A program made the position numbers and the translations under genes. From Anthoceros angustus (lineage: Eukaryota; Plantae; Anthocerotophyta): a stretch of DNA of 64,000 nucleotides. The notes beneath the pieces are model-generated. The model saw only the letters and a program-made list of their open reading frames with translations. It searched no databases and had not been told where the DNA came from. The stretch is taken from positions 806,001 to 870,000 of the forward strand of contig MU008159.1 in NCBI GenBank assembly GCA_010909165.1, read 5' to 3'. This document shows positions 37,324 through 51,015 of this stretch, one piece after another; the stretch's first letter is position 1; every line of letters starts with the position of its first letter.

Positions 37324-37806
37324 TAGGTTCTTTCATGTGGTTGAGCAGTTGCGGCCATTCGAGACGCGCTGCCATAGGAGATAGCTTTGAGCCTTGGTTT
37401 CTGCGTGCTCTCGCAGAGCGCGCACGAGCCCACCCACCGTGAGGCCTCCCACCCTGAGCTCGCCCACCACTGACGTATGAACGAGAAATTTTTATAAGAT
37501 GAAGCGGGCTGGTGTTCAAAATGTAACGTATATACTGTAAAACTACGTATTTTAACCTCATAGTTCGTAGAACCTTGGGTTTTTTACGCTAATTCAGTTC
37601 GGCCTCCGAAGTCTTTCAGAGGCCGAACCGATTCAAACCGAACTAAACTCTAATCATTACTTGCTTATGACAGCACGTTGGGTCTTGTCCAGGTATCGGT
37701 TCTATTCAATTATGTGCTAGCGTGGGTTAGAATTGAATTGAACTGAGTGAACGGTCTTTGCAAACTGCCGGTCCGTAGGGGTCTTAAGTAGTTACAACAT
37801 GATAAT

Positions 37807-37974
37807 GAGCAGGACAAAGTGTTTTAATGTGGAAATGGGAGCCTTGCAAGCGTCCCTAAAAAGGTCCACATTTCAACCGATGGATGGGCAGAGCAGGACA
37901 AAGTGTTTTAATGTGGAAATGGGAGCCTTGCAAGCGTCCTAAAAAGGTCCACATTTCAACCGATAGATGGGCAA
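37807..37974. repeat. 84-bp tandem duplication
   Basis: GAGCAGGACAAAGTGTTTTAATGTGG...CAACCGAT.GATGGGCA at 37807 and 37891. Confidence 0.9.
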
Positions 37975-38664
37975 TTTCGGTGTGCTGTACATAGGCAGTT
38001 GGACCATTTTATTTTTTTGATTTTTAGATGAAAATTATATTCTTCAACACGTCAAGGAATTTTCGAGACCTAGGTATTGCCATGCACTTGTAATTTTCAT
38101 AATAATATGAAGAAAAATATTACCCTGTAAACTTGTACACTTATTATTCTATGCGCTAATTATCCGAAAACCAGTCCATCCATGTGGGGTACTTTGATTT
38201 AGGATTTAGCGGGTCGAAATTAGGCATTTTCAAGGTTGCTTTATTATCATTATCAGAGGGTGATCTCGTGCAGATCTCTCTTGTAGTTATCAAAACCATG
38301 ATTTCTATGAACCAATTCAATTATATTTGTCAATGTTGACCCTATGTAGTTGGATAGGGTAGTTTGATTCCCTATTAGTCTAACTACGATTTATCTTGGT
38401 TTGCACAAGGCTGGGTACCCTAATGTTGTCTACGTGTTTTATTCATGTGAGGGAAGAGACCCAAAGGATGTTTATAACTAGGCCATAGAAATCTAGGCGT
38501 TCATAGTTGGTAACCAACCTTGGTCAACTTCAAAGAAAAATATTATCCACTTCTGCAAGCCATTTTGGAGTGAATGATGCATCTAATTGTATAATGTGCC
38601 TGCACTTGTTATGTGTTAAATTTGCGATAAATTTACCAATCAATTTAAAAAAGTCAAGAAAGAA

Positions 38665-38935
38665 AAATTACATATTGATCTTGAACGATAATGTATCTTT
38701 ATATGGGGAAAAATTGGACATCCTTGAACGACAATGTGTCAACTAAATTAGGTCAAGGAAGAATTGGACATCCTTAAACAACAATGTCTATTTAGGTCAA
38801 GGAAGAATTGAACATCCTTGGACCATGAAGTATCTACATTAGGTCGAGAAAGAATTGAACGTCCTTAGACCATGGTGTATCTAAATTAGGTCTAAGAAGA
38901 ATACGTCATGATTCCTTGGACCATGCTATATACAT
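38665..38935. repeat. About six degenerate ~45-bp tandem repeats upstream of TATA-like boxes
   Basis: TTAGGTCAAGGAAGAATTG(G/A)ACATCCTT core repeated; CTATATATAG at ~38952 and CTATATAAAA at ~39037. Confidence 0.75.
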
Positions 38936-39210
38936 CTTCAAGTTTGGGCTCCTATATATAGAAGGTGAATACTAGCATTTATCAATTCATTGTTTCATTA
39001 GCTTGTTGTCATATTACTTAGAAACTACAAGGTTTCTCTATATAAAATGCAAGCACGGGCTTGTATAAGTTGAAGTAAGTTGTCATACTCCTTCCGCAGT
39101 TGAAAATGATAAATTTTGAATTTGATAATATTGCTTCATTAGGCTAAATACTGTTGAATTACTTCCAGAGTGTGAGCTGAAAAACAAGAGTTCGAAGCAC
39201 AAGTAGCAAA

Positions 39211-39438
39211 ATGCAGATCTTCGTGAGGTTTTCAAATATGAAATTTGTGCTCGAGGTGGAGGGTAACAAGCCCATTTATTATATGAAGATGAAGCTCGAG
39301 AAGCACAGCGAAGTTCTCCACAACTTTCCTCCTCACAAGCAAAGAGTGTTTTACAACGGAAAAGAATTACAAGATCAAGTTGCTCTTGTTGACTATTGCA
39401 TCCAAGAGAACTCTCATCATATTGACCGTTCAAGTTAA
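39211..39438 (+). CDS. Divergent ubiquitin-like protein (75 aa, no terminal di-Gly; possible frameshifted pseudogene)
   Basis: MQIFVR...LEVEG...MKMKLE...FPPHKQRVFYNGKELQD...LVDYCIQENS parallels ubiquitin MQIFVK...LEVE...IPPDQQRLIFAGKQLED...LSDYNIQKES. Confidence 0.75.
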   Translation: MQIFVRFSNMKFVLEVEGNKPIYYMKMKLEKHSEVLHNFPPHKQRVFYNGKELQDQVALVDYCIQENSHHIDRSS

Positions 39439-40227
39439 GTGTGTCGTTCAAGAAGGTGGATATGGATTTTCAAAGCATAAACTTAGAACATGAAATGTTG
39501 GAACAATCGTCTAAGAAGAAGATTAGAATTAGATAGCTAGTTTGCGATTCCTGGTTGGACCTCAATTGAGCCCAACCTATCATAGCTCAATGTAGTATAG
39601 CTCAATGTAATAGTAATATATTGACGTGTTATAATGCACAAATGTTCTGCATAAGTGTATTATTACGCTCATGTCTTGCAACAAAAATAATCAACCAAAA
39701 GTGCTACGAACTCATATCTTGCACTAATCGATAGTCATAAATTAAAAATCATATGTTAGTTATAAGAAAATAACTCAAAATTAAATGATTGATTGTCCAG
39801 TAAACGAAAGATCAAATAAAAAGGGGAATGCAAATGTACATGACATTACAAAATTACCTTCGTTCATACCAATGAAGATAATATTGTACTTGTTGAGTTT
39901 AAAATATGTTTGCCCAATGGTTTAATTTGAAAAATTTTTCCTACAATATTTTCGCATACACGCGCCATTCGAGCTTGGTTATCCAATTCGTTGTGCAGAA
40001 AGGGGTTATGGCTAAAATCCCGTCTTCTTTTGCGCGAAAACGCGCATTCGCTTTTTTTGAGAGAGTTTGCTAATTTAAATGTGGTGTTCAAATCTGCGAT
40101 ACCACTACCTGCATGTTCAGCTGAACTTTGGGCTAGTCGTCGAGAGCAGCAGATGTTCCTCGTCCGGTTGGCTCTGATCTTGGTGAATTGGTCATTGATA
40201 TAATTCATATTGTAGTCAATCCGGGCT

Positions 40228-41092
40228 ATGAGCCTTAGTCACATCATGTGGCAGCTACAGGCCTTGAGTCCAAGCAATGGAAGGATGCTATATAGTCAGA
40301 ATATGATTTCTAACAAGACATGGGAGCTTTGCAAATCCCCTCAGGGGAGGAAAATTGTGACAAGCAAGTGGGTCTTCAAGCTGAAATATAGAGCTGATGG
40401 TTCCATTTCCCATTATAAGGCAAGGTTCGTCGCTCGTGGTTTTTTGCAAGTTCCAGGCTTGGATTATCACGATACCTTTTCTCCTTGGAGAAAAGATATA
40501 TCGAGATTTGGGCTTCATTAAGTCTTTAGCAGACTCTAATGTGTATTTGCTTTAGGATGACGCTGGTTATGTCATGTTGGCCTTGTACGTTGATGACAAC
40601 ATTGTTCTTGGTACCAACCTGCCAAACATTGAACGAGTTAAGTCCCTACTATCAGGAAGATTTGATATGGTGGATGTAGATGAGTTGTCTTATTGTCTGG
40701 GCATTGAAGGAGCAGTCACCAAAGACCGAGGCTGAGAGAAGTGCAATGGTTAATGTGCCATACTCACAGTTGGTTGGGTCTTTGATATTTTGTTCCAATC
40801 ATACACGTGCTGATGTTTCCTTGCCAATCAGCATGATCTTCCAATTCTTGAAGGCCCCTGGACAAGTTCATTGGTCAGCAGCAAAATACATCTTGCGATA
40901 TCTGAAAGGCACTAGCACACATGGCATACACTACTCGAAACAGACTATGGCTGAAGAGGGACTTACTCTGGTGGGCTACTGTGATGCCGATTGGGTATCA
41001 GACCCAAACACGAGGAAGTTCGTTTCGGCCTGGGCTTTTCTGCTTGCAGGTGATGTTGTTACCTGGTCATCTAAAAAGCAATCCACAGTGTC
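40228..41092 (+). pseudogene. Ty1/Copia RT and start of RNase H (internally deleted), interrupted at 41093
   Basis: KWVFKLK...[69 protein letters not shown]. Confidence 0.92.
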
Positions 41093-42214
41093 TGTGGACA
41101 AGGGAAGAACGGTAGACTCCCCCTTAGGAAGGTAATAGGAGTATTTTTTTTTGTTTTCTTTAGTATTCGATGTGGGGAATAAGGCGGTAAAAAGGGTAAT
41201 AATGACAATTTGGATTACGACGGAGAAGGGAAGGGCGAACCTAGTGGTCCGGACTCGGGGAGAGGCGGACACAGTCCGGACTCGGAGAGAGCGGACCCGG
41301 TGGTCCGGACTCTGGAGGAAGAGGCGGGCTTGGTCGAGGTCCTGACCACTTTTGGGTTGATGCGCCGTTACACTTGCATCCTTGAGCCCGACTAACGCGA
41401 GTCACAGTCACCGGGCGGACTACTCCAGAGAGACTAATCCAAGTTCTGGTGACGGACCCTAACGCGTGGTGGTGAGTGCAGGTGTGGAGAACTCGGGATC
41501 CACCTCTTCCGGGCGGGATCTCGGCCGGAGTTGAGGCGGGCGTTAGCGAACCCGGAAGGCGTGTAGGCATGGGTGGGCGGCAGGGAATGCGAGAACACGA
41601 TAATATTCATACCGTGGAATAAGCGAGAGCGGCTTTTGCAATGAATAAAGCTGAAACCGGCGGGAACATGGGAGCAGCGCTGATCTGCCATTTTCCAAAA
41701 AATGCTTCAAAATTACAGTTGCTTTGTGTGCGGGGAGGCGGGATAATGTCATGACATAGGCTGGAAAAGGGATATACAACCTCGATGGGCACACATTTGC
41801 CTTGAAATAATGCCCATACATGACTTTCTTTGGTGGCGTGAAGAGGGCAGAGAGGCCTCTTGCTATTCATTCAGTACGTAAAGGGTATATGATTTTGGAA
41901 AAACCGTTTTAATGAGGGAGTAATAACTATTGGAGATGACAATGAAAATTCAACATGCAGTAGTGCAAGTCCCTGTTTCCATCTTCCAGAAATCAAGACA
42001 TGCAATTGCCGTTTCCATGCCTCTGGTGTGTGTTTTGTACCTGTCGAGTCTCACCTGCTTCATGGATGGGTGCTATCAAAGAAAAAACAATCTGGCAAGG
42101 GGAACAAAAGTCTCCAGAAGAGTGAGGAGATTGACTTACCTTAGAGAGAACTTTTGGACGCATGGACTCGAAATTCCGCCTTGACAAACATCGAAACATA
42201 TGGATATTGAAGCG

Positions 42215-42815
42215 GTATTGTCAATGGGCGCGGCATGCGGCGCCTCCATATCTTCTGCGGTAGAAACAAGTGACTTACCTTGCAGAACTCGTGGACGCAT
42301 GGTCCCGCGAAATGCCGCCGACAAGCGTTGTAACATATGCGAGTGGTATCGGTGTAAGCGAGGCGCGGCATGCAGCGCCTCCTACCGCCTACAAAGTGAC
42401 TTACCTTGGAAAGAACTAGGGACACATGGACCGCGAAATGCCGTCCCATCGACAAGCGTTGAAACATATGAGGAGTATGCGGGCTAGGGTATTGTCGGTG
42501 GAGGCCCCGGCATGCCGGTGCCTCCACTATCTATATTTTCTACAAACGGTAGAAACAAGTGACTTACCTTGAACTCGTGGGCCATGGCCCCGAAATGCCA
42601 TCCCTTCAAAAACGTGTAAACACATGAGGAGTGAATCGTGTAGGGGTGGGCGGTGGGCGCGGCATGCGGCGCCTCTGCTAAACAAGTGACTAACAAGTGA
42701 CGAACTAGGGAACACATGGACCCGCGAAATGCCATCCCATGTGACAAATGTTCAAACATATTAGGAGTGAACAAGCTAGGGTATTGTCAATGATGGCGCC
42801 AGATGCGGCGCCACG
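42215..42815. repeat. About five degenerate ~130-150-bp subterminal repeats inside the transposon
   Basis: Recurring blocks GCGGCATGCGGCGCC, ACAAGTGACTTACCTTG and CATGGACCCGCGAAATGCC. Confidence 0.75.
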
Positions 42816-43171
42816 GAATTTTTGGAAGACAACGGTAGACCACGTAAAAGCATGGACCCGTGCGCCTTCATTACATAGCGACGTAAAAGCGTGCGACCGT
42901 TCAGCCAACCTATCTAGTAATCACGGCCGAGTATGAAACTCGGGCAACATACGCTAACTCTATCGTGAAAACAAAACCCTAAAATCTCTAGTCTTGGGAC
43001 ACCGAATTCCTTCGTCAACCAAAGGACATCCATCATCCACTTCATGGTCACATCCTCCTCTCCTGCGAGATAAGGTCGGTGATTCATTCTATCTCGAATA
43101 GCCTTCTTGCGGAGCGTAAAGGTGCTTTCTTGCATTGAGGTTGAACCCATAATAGAGAATAATAGTCTTAT

Positions 43172-45768
43172 TCACAAATAGTTTATGAATGTTTTTGGGT
43201 AAATTTCTCTTTCCCACTCTCTTCCCATTTCGCGATCGTCGATTGTCTGGTCCTCTAACAAAGAACTCCTCAACATATTTCCCTTCAAAAGCATCGTGTG
43301 CTCAGTCTGCAGTGGACCATAAGAAATGGGTTCGCAATCAAGTCTCGCTTTCCACCTTCCCAATCGAAGCCACATTATGTGTATCTCCGAGCATGGAGTT
43401 GCAATGAACATGCCCTTCCTTATCTCTTTGACATCTCCATTCATCCTTTCTATTTCTTGATGTTGTCGACTTGCATTCGTGAGCTCCCAAATACATATCC
43501 CGTTGAGGAACTTCTCTTAGTAATGCTTCATCAAGCACAACCTCCTCCGGCACTTGAAGTGGCGGCATGGCCTCCACCTCTTCTCTGTACCACCTCCACG
43601 GTTGTTTAAGCACTAGAGCAATATTGTTCTCCACAATAGTGGCAATTCCTTCTGGTCGACCCAAAACAACCTCCACCACACCCTCCGATGGCGTGATATA
43701 CGTCGCCAAGTTCGATAAGCCATGCTTCAAGTGCCACACTGGTTGGTGAAAGACCTCCATCTTGACCCTTTTGTCTCGCCTTTAGCGGCATGAGGGGAGT
43801 GGGGCGTCCGGTGGTTGATGGAACAAATTTCAAAATTCCAACCCATCTTGATTCCCATTGAGGGATGTTGAGTCCGCTTACTTGAATGACCGTAACTTGA
43901 CCTCGGTCCCCGCTCCTCTCTCGTGATTTTAAATTGATGTTGGAAGGAAAGATTATTCAAGCGGTTCACTTTGCCTTGTGCATATCCTCTCGTCCCCTTC
44001 TTAATGGGCCATACATAAGACCGAAAATCTGCCACCTCATTACTTTAACTTGCGTTGGGGTGAAAGCTGTCAAAATCTCCAAAGTGTATCAATAAGCGCT
44101 TCTTTGTGCCTAAGAAGCTTCGAGAAACAAGAAAACATTTGATCAACGATCATGGGTATGACCAACCAATAGGAACCCAACCTTTATTTTAACGACACGA
44201 AGGTCGATGAGCATATTTAGGTGCGAATAGTAGCTGGTTCTTGTTCTCGCGGCAAGTATTATCAAGTGAGGTAAAGAACTTTAGGAAGCACCCTTCGTAA
44301 GAAAATATGACATCACAATTATGGATGGAGAGTTATTCGTTGCGATTAGCGTAGTGTAAATATGCCCGCCTTGAAAGTGTAATTATGTATCATACATCCC
44401 ACCACATGAACATTAATAAGTGATGCCTCGCCAACTCTTTGGGATAACGGAGGAAATGAGGGAGCTCTGTCTTCTTCCGTCCATGCCATCGATAGCAAGT
44501 CGCATATACTTGTGGGGCTGACTATAACTTTTGGACCGATGTTTTGCTTTGTCTCTCTCATTGCTTAGTCGCACTGTGATGCCAAAGCTCCTTCGTAAAC
44601 CTCTGCAAAAATGGAGACGACACAGTATTATATCGAAGATTGTTGCACAACCGTCTACACCTTAACATGAACATGGGTGCGGTTAATCTCTGGGGGGCGC
44701 CGGCATGCCCCTCCCGACATGCGGAAAAGCTTTGGGGGCACGCCTCCGCCCCCGAGGCGCTGAGGCGGCTGCCGGCCTGGTGCATGTCTTGATAAGGGTC
44801 TGGGCCCCGACAATGGAAGCACTCTTCGCCTACACCGCAACCTATGTGAGTCTTGCACATTGGTATCTACATTGCCACACCTCTCACGACAAGTGAGGCA
44901 CCTTTAAGCACTGGTGGCCACATATGCATATACACTCCGCAGCAGACATGTAAAGGCGATCATGCATCCTTCCGCAAAAATGGTTCTTAGAAACTATGCA
45001 CATCCCAAAGCAGGATATGAAGAACAAACCTTGGTACGCTCTGCCGGTGTTCGGATGGTGCGCTTGATCCTTCACATAAAGAGCAAGTGGAAAACCTATT
45101 AGACTTTGGAATCCTAACCTTGGAAGTTGGTCCTCCAGGGTCGGGAAAATAGGGATCGACACGAGCGCATACTAGACCGTGTCATATCCGGGCCCGGATC
45201 TCCAACTTTGAGAACGTGTCCCAGTGGAACACATCAACGTTTGGCCTTCCGCCATCACTTGAAAAGCTATCCATCCGAACGGCTCCCGATCGTGTGTAGA
45301 TGGTTGTCGCGGATTCACTCTTGACCCATCCCACGGTGCATTGCATAACACCCTGCTCTTCAACTCCTCGTACCTCTCTGAGCCGATGCAGTATACTCTT
45401 GAAAAGCTTGCAAACAACACCGAATGCGCGTCGCCCCCATTATATGCGTGATGACCTTGTCCTTTTCGGTGGCCTGTAAGTCCACGACCAGGAGGGACTG
45501 AAGAAATGTCTCTTGCTCTGCCCTCCCCATTCGCAGAAAACGATAACGTTGCTCATGGAAATTGGCCTTAGACATTGACTGGATGCATTGCTTGTTGCAG
45601 CATGGCTTCCAGAAGTCCGCTGTGACGACGTCGGAGTCGCTCTTCGACAAAGGAACTCCACTTGCCCACCTTCTCTGAACCACGGATTGCATGTCCCGTG
45701 GCGCCACAAATGTTTCGCCGGTGGTTTGGGGTGGAATGACCGTGGGCGGTCGCCTTCCTCTGTCTCAC
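43172..45768 (-). pseudogene. Sola/DUF7869-like DDE transposase, frameshifted in this sequence
   Basis: Across frames: CCNKQC...EQETFLQSLL...RCCLQAF; KVRIPKSNRFSTCSLC; YMRLAIDGMD; (DN)..RENKNQ; KVGFLLVGHTH.. (D...DN..ENKN...GHTH pattern); C-terminal EIRKGMFIA region. Confidence 0.75.
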
Positions 45769-46099
45769 TAAAGGTGCATCGGACGAGGGGTTTCAGAACA
45801 CCCTCCTTTCCTCAATTGGAAACAAACCCGGCCTTGGCAGTGCGTGGGAACTATTCGGTTCTTCATGCGCGGCCACTAGGACTCCGCTCCACGGTGAATA
45901 CAAATTGATGTTCCTTGGTGTTAGGAACACCGAGGAATCCTTGGTGAGGTCTGGACCCGCTTCCTCCAACCTTCATCGCAACGCGGCATTTGGTGACAGG
46001 GGGAACTGGCCTCTTGGTCATTGTTGGCATGCGTGAGAACTACCGCATTAACACACCGACCATCTACTACCCACAAGCCATTTGGAAATGCGGTGTGTT

Positions 46100-47360
46100 G
46101 TGCGGCATCATCGACAGGAGGATCGGACATTCAATCTTGCATTGCTTCCTTTTTCTTGCGGCGTCGACTCTCGGTTGATGCGATGACAGTCCTCCCTTCC
46201 GCAACATGAAAACGCCGAAGTTTAGGAGGAGAACATCAAGGGAACATTATTGCATGGAGTGCATTGGATACAACAAAGATCGCTCACTTCGCCCCATGCG
46301 GTGAGTCTCTGTAACATTCCGCGCGGCGATGCCACTTCACCCACGACACAAACGAAAGTGTGTTCTCCTGCAGGAAAAGGGTATAACGTCAAGCCACCAA
46401 CTTCAACGTCACCCAACGAGAAAGGCGCTATCAATGCACAAGTTCTAGACCTATAACGGCAAACAATCATTGCTGCGCCATCGTAATGGCGCCGCCTCCG
46501 CCAAAAGCGACACCACCATTAAGAGGTGTAGTTAGGACATTGTCCTAAAATGGAATTTATGCATTATGTACGTTCGCGAATCCATGGAGGTTACGGTGAG
46601 AATCGGGCAAATGAAGGGGAACCCTAACTTTTGTCCGGGCGTATAAGGTCTTTTAAAACCATTTCCCCACACTGTCCACAGGCACGAAACGGGCTTTACG
46701 TCCCCTTCAACTTTGTGGACTGCATGCGGACTCCTGCGCGAGAAGAGGGAGTGATTCAACGCTTGCGGATGCGCGTGGGGCCTTTGAGGATCATCCCCAC
46801 GCAAGGAAGGAGGTGTTCTTCTCCCCAATCCGTTGCTTTCCACCTATAAAGTGAGAACTCTAATCGTGAGAATTCACCGGTTGATGCGCGTCCGCGTTCC
46901 TTGTGGCGAAATCATGGCATCGGGAGGGCTCTCCGAGCAAGAAGGACCTAGCGGCGCCTGCTTGAACCACCTTCCGAGATTGCGGCGAAGAAACCAAGAA
47001 GAAGGCGACTCGGAGGCGGAGGAAGTCGCGGATATGGCGGCGCGACAAGGACCGGTGGCGCCAGGCAGAAACAACAGCATCGGAGGCGATGAGGATGTGG
47101 GTGGGGCGAAGAAATCGAGCTCGGAATTCAGCAAAAGCCGGCACAACACGGGGAGGCGGGCAGCCACGAAGACAAGGAGGCTTGAAGGGGAAGAAAGCAA
47201 CCCGATCCATGCCTTCGCCATACAACTTGGAAGAAACTATGCTCATCAGCGCGACTAACTCAATCGATGCGATTAATTGTCTAGGGAAGGAGTGGTTTTG
47301 CAGCGGGCTGGATGATCTTGACCATATGGACACCGCTTACGTGGTTGAGGTTTGGACCAG
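46100..47360 (+). pseudogene. Trihelix/Myb-SANT-like ORF with coiled-coil tail inside the transposon (duplicate at ~48250-49520)
   Basis: Fragments KRCS*DIVLKWN..YVRE..RANEGEPN...PFNF resemble the GT-1/ASR3-type helix and loop; acidic/basic linker; tail LEETMLISATNSIDAIN; heavily frameshifted. Confidence 0.4.
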
Positions 47361-50300
47361 CTAAGCCAAATCAGCGAGCAAGAGTTGGCTGGGTTGTATG
47401 GGCAAGTCTGGATTTATGCATAGCAGGGCGGAATTGAGTCCTCCTTACAACAAAGCCACACCAATCGGATGAAATTCGCCCGGTGCGGAGGAGTTCAAGG
47501 TTATCACCGTGGGCCTTGGGATGTTCAAGCTTAAGAAGTGTTCCCCGGATGTCGACAAGCGCCTTGAGAGGCTAAGCAGAATCAACACGTATGGACGGGT
47601 TGGCTAACATTGTTTTGTGCTTGAATCGTGCTTTTCATTTCGCTTGTAGCGCATGTAGTAGTTGGCTTATGGGTTTTGTGTGTCAGCAGTGGGAGGGCTT
47701 TCTATAAGCAATCGTGTGCTTTTGTCACACGCGATCTATCGTGGACCACCGGAGAGAAATGAGCATCACGGCGAACAGGCAGCCCTCCCAAAATCACGAC
47801 GGAGGACCTCTCAGCAGCTCGAGGAGGAGGAGCTGGGCCCAAGATGAGCATGATGGACCATTGCCCGACATCCTTGGACAATCCGAAGATGATGGAAGAA
47901 GCGGGGATGACTTGGAAACCGAGGTTAGAGATGCAGAATTAATAATGGATTATGACATGCCTCGACTCTATGCTTGTGCCCACGGTCCCTTATAACCCGA
48001 CAGGCGCGGCATCTTGCGGCGCCCGACTCCATTCGGTGTGGAGTCCGCCAACCCCTCGGCCGGGCATGGGTATGGATGTGGCGGGAGCAAGGAAGAGGAG
48101 GGCGGCATGCGGCCTAGCAGGTGTGGAGTCCTCCCAACCCCCATGCAGGCATGTTTATGGATGTGGGGAGCAAGGGTGGGGCGCGGCATGCACGTGAGGG
48201 CAGAACTACCGCATTGCGACCATCTACTACCCACAAGCCATTTGGATGCGGTGTGTTGTGCGGCATCATCGGGAGAGGATCGGACGCATTCAATCTTGCA
48301 TTGCGTTCCTTTTTCTTGCACGTCGACTCGGTTGAAGCTGCGATGACAAGTCCTCCCTTCCGCAACATGAAAGCGAAGTTTAGCGAGAAGAACATCAAGG
48401 GAACATTATTGCATGGAGTGCATTGGATACAACAAATATCGCTCACTTCGTCCATGCGGTGAGTCTCTGTAACATTCCGCGCGGCGATGCCACTTCACCC
48501 ACGACACAAAGCGAAAGTGTGTTCTCCTGCAGGAAAAGGGAAATATAACGTCAAGCCACCAACTTCAACGTCGCGAAAGGCGCTGGTGCGCTCAATGCAC
48601 AAGTTGTAGACCTATAACGGCAAACAATCGGTGCGCACGCCATCGTAATGGCGCCTCGCCAAAAGCGACACCACCATTAAGAGGTGTAGTTAGGACATTG
48701 TCCTAAAATGGAATTTATGCATTATATGCGTTCGCGAATCCATGGAGGTTACGGTGAGAATCGGGCAAATGAAGGGGAACCCTAACTTCTTGTCGGGCGT
48801 ATAAGGTCTTTTAAAACCATTTCCCCACACACATCCCCACGACGGCGGGCTTTCGTCCCCTTCAACTTTGTATGCGGACTCCTGCGCGGGCGAGAAGAGG
48901 AGTGATTCAACGCTTGCGGATGCGCGTGGGGCCTTTGAGGATCATCCCCACGCAAGGAGGTGTTCTTCTCCCCAATCCGTTGCTTTCCACCTATAAAGTG
49001 AGAACTCTAATCGTGAGAATTCTGGTTGATGCGCGTCCGCGTTCCTTGTGGCGAAATCATGGCATCGGGAGGGCTCTCCAAGAAGGACCTAGCGGCGCCT
49101 GCTTGAACCACCTTCCGAGATTGCGGCGGAAGAAACCAAGAAGAAGGCGACTCGGAGGCGGAGGAAGTCGCGGATATGGCGGCACAATCGCGGCCGACAA
49201 GGGCGGCAGCCAGGCGCCCGCAGCAAGCATCGCTGGAGGCGATGAGGATGTGGGTGGGGCGAAGAAATCGAGCTCGGAATTCAGCAAAAGCCCGGCTAAC
49301 ACGGGGAGGCGGGCAGCCACGAAGACAAGGAGGCTTGAAGGGGAAGAAGAAAGCAACCCGATCCTGCCTTCGCCATACAACTTGGAAGAAACTATGCTCA
49401 TCGTGGCGACTAACTCAATCGATGCGATTGTCTAGGGAAGGAGTGGTTTTGCAACAGAGGCGGGTATGGATGATCTTGACCATATGGACACAGGCAGGTG
49501 GTTCTGAGGTTTGGACCAGCTAAGCCAAATCAAAGCAAGAGTTGGCTGGGTTGTATGGGCAAGTCTGGATTGTCGCAACGGAATTCGAGGTCCTCCTTAC
49601 AACAAAGCCACCAAGCTGGATGAAATTCGCCCGGTGCGGAGGAGTTCAAGGTTATCACCGTGGGCCTTGGGATGTTCAAGCTTAAGAAGTGTTCCCCGGA
49701 TGTCGACAAGCGCCTTAGAGGCCAGAATCAACACGTATGGGTTGGCTAACATTGTTTTGTGCTTGTGCTTTTCATTTCGCTTGGTGCATGTAGGCGAGTT
49801 GGCTTATGGGTTTTGTGTGTCAGCAGTGGGAGGGCTTTCTATAAGCAAGCGTGTGCTTTTGTCACACGCGATCTATCGTGGACCACCGGAGAGAAATGAG
49901 CATCACGGCGAACAGGCAGCCCTCCCAAAATCACGACGGAGGACCTCTCAGCAGCTCGAGGAGGAGGAGCTGGGCCCAAGATGAGCATGATGGACCATTG
50001 CCCGACATCCTTGGACAATCCGAAGATGATGGAAGAAGCGGGGATGACTTGGAAACCGAGGTTAGAGATGCAGAATTAATAATGGATTATGACATGCCTC
50101 GACTCTATGCTTGTGCCCACGGTCCCTTATAACCCGACAGGCGCGGCATCTTGCGGCGCCCGACTCCATTCGGTGTGGAGTCCGCCAACCCCTCGGCCGG
50201 GCATGGGTATGGATGTGGCGGGAGCAAGGAAGAGGAGGGCGGCATGCGGCCTAGCAGGTGTGGAGTCCTCCCAACCCCCATGCGGCATGTTTATGGATGT

Positions 50301-51015
50301 GGCGGGAGCAAGGGAAGGGTGGGGCGCGGCATGCGGCGCCCGACTCCTTCATCCCAGCAGCGCCACCCTTCTACTATACCGGTGCTATGAGGCTATCGAC
50401 CCGTTGGATTGTCGGGAGGGCTGGAGGAAAGGCAAGCAGCGCGAGGAACGCAACACGACACCCAAGTCCGGATGCACTGGTAATTTGTTGGCGAACGAGC
50501 TAGTCATTTCCGATACAAGGCCGGGATCCGGAAAGAGGAAGCAGTCTTGATGCAAGAGGATCGGCCGAGCGAGAGAGTTTGGAGCCGAACATGGTAAAAT
50601 ACGGAAGAAAGCAAAAGACTACGAACTATGTCACCAGAGACATTCCAGTGTGGAGTCCCCGCCAACCTCAGGCATGGGTATGGATGTGGCGGAGCAAGGA
50701 AGAGGAGGGCGCGGCATGCGGCGCCTACTACGCGGTGTGGAGTCCTCCCAACCCCCATGCGGCATGTTTATGGATGTGGCGGGAGCAAGGGAAGGGTGGG
50801 GGCCGCATGCCCGCCTCTCCTCATCCCAGCAGCGCCACCCTTCTACTATACCGCAGGTGAGAGCTATCGACCCGGCCGTTGGATTGTCGGGAGGGCTGGA
50901 GGAAAGGCAAACGAAAGCGCAGTGAACAGAACCACGACACCCAAGTCCAGTGTGGTAATTTGTTGGCGAACGAGCTAGTCCGTACAAGGCCGGGATCCGG
51001 AAAGAGGAAGCAGTC

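Noticed and set aside
38665-38935. Repeat arrays here, at 42215-42815 and at 55582-55745 superficially resembling CRISPR
   Set aside because: No constant repeat with unique spacers, no cas genes, and a eukaryotic context; these are degenerate tandem repeats.
42260-42580. Repeated perfect splice donors (AAG|GTAAGT) on the minus strand suggesting repeated exons
   Set aside because: The nearest acceptors give ~24-nt introns and no coherent reading frame; treated as non-coding repeats.
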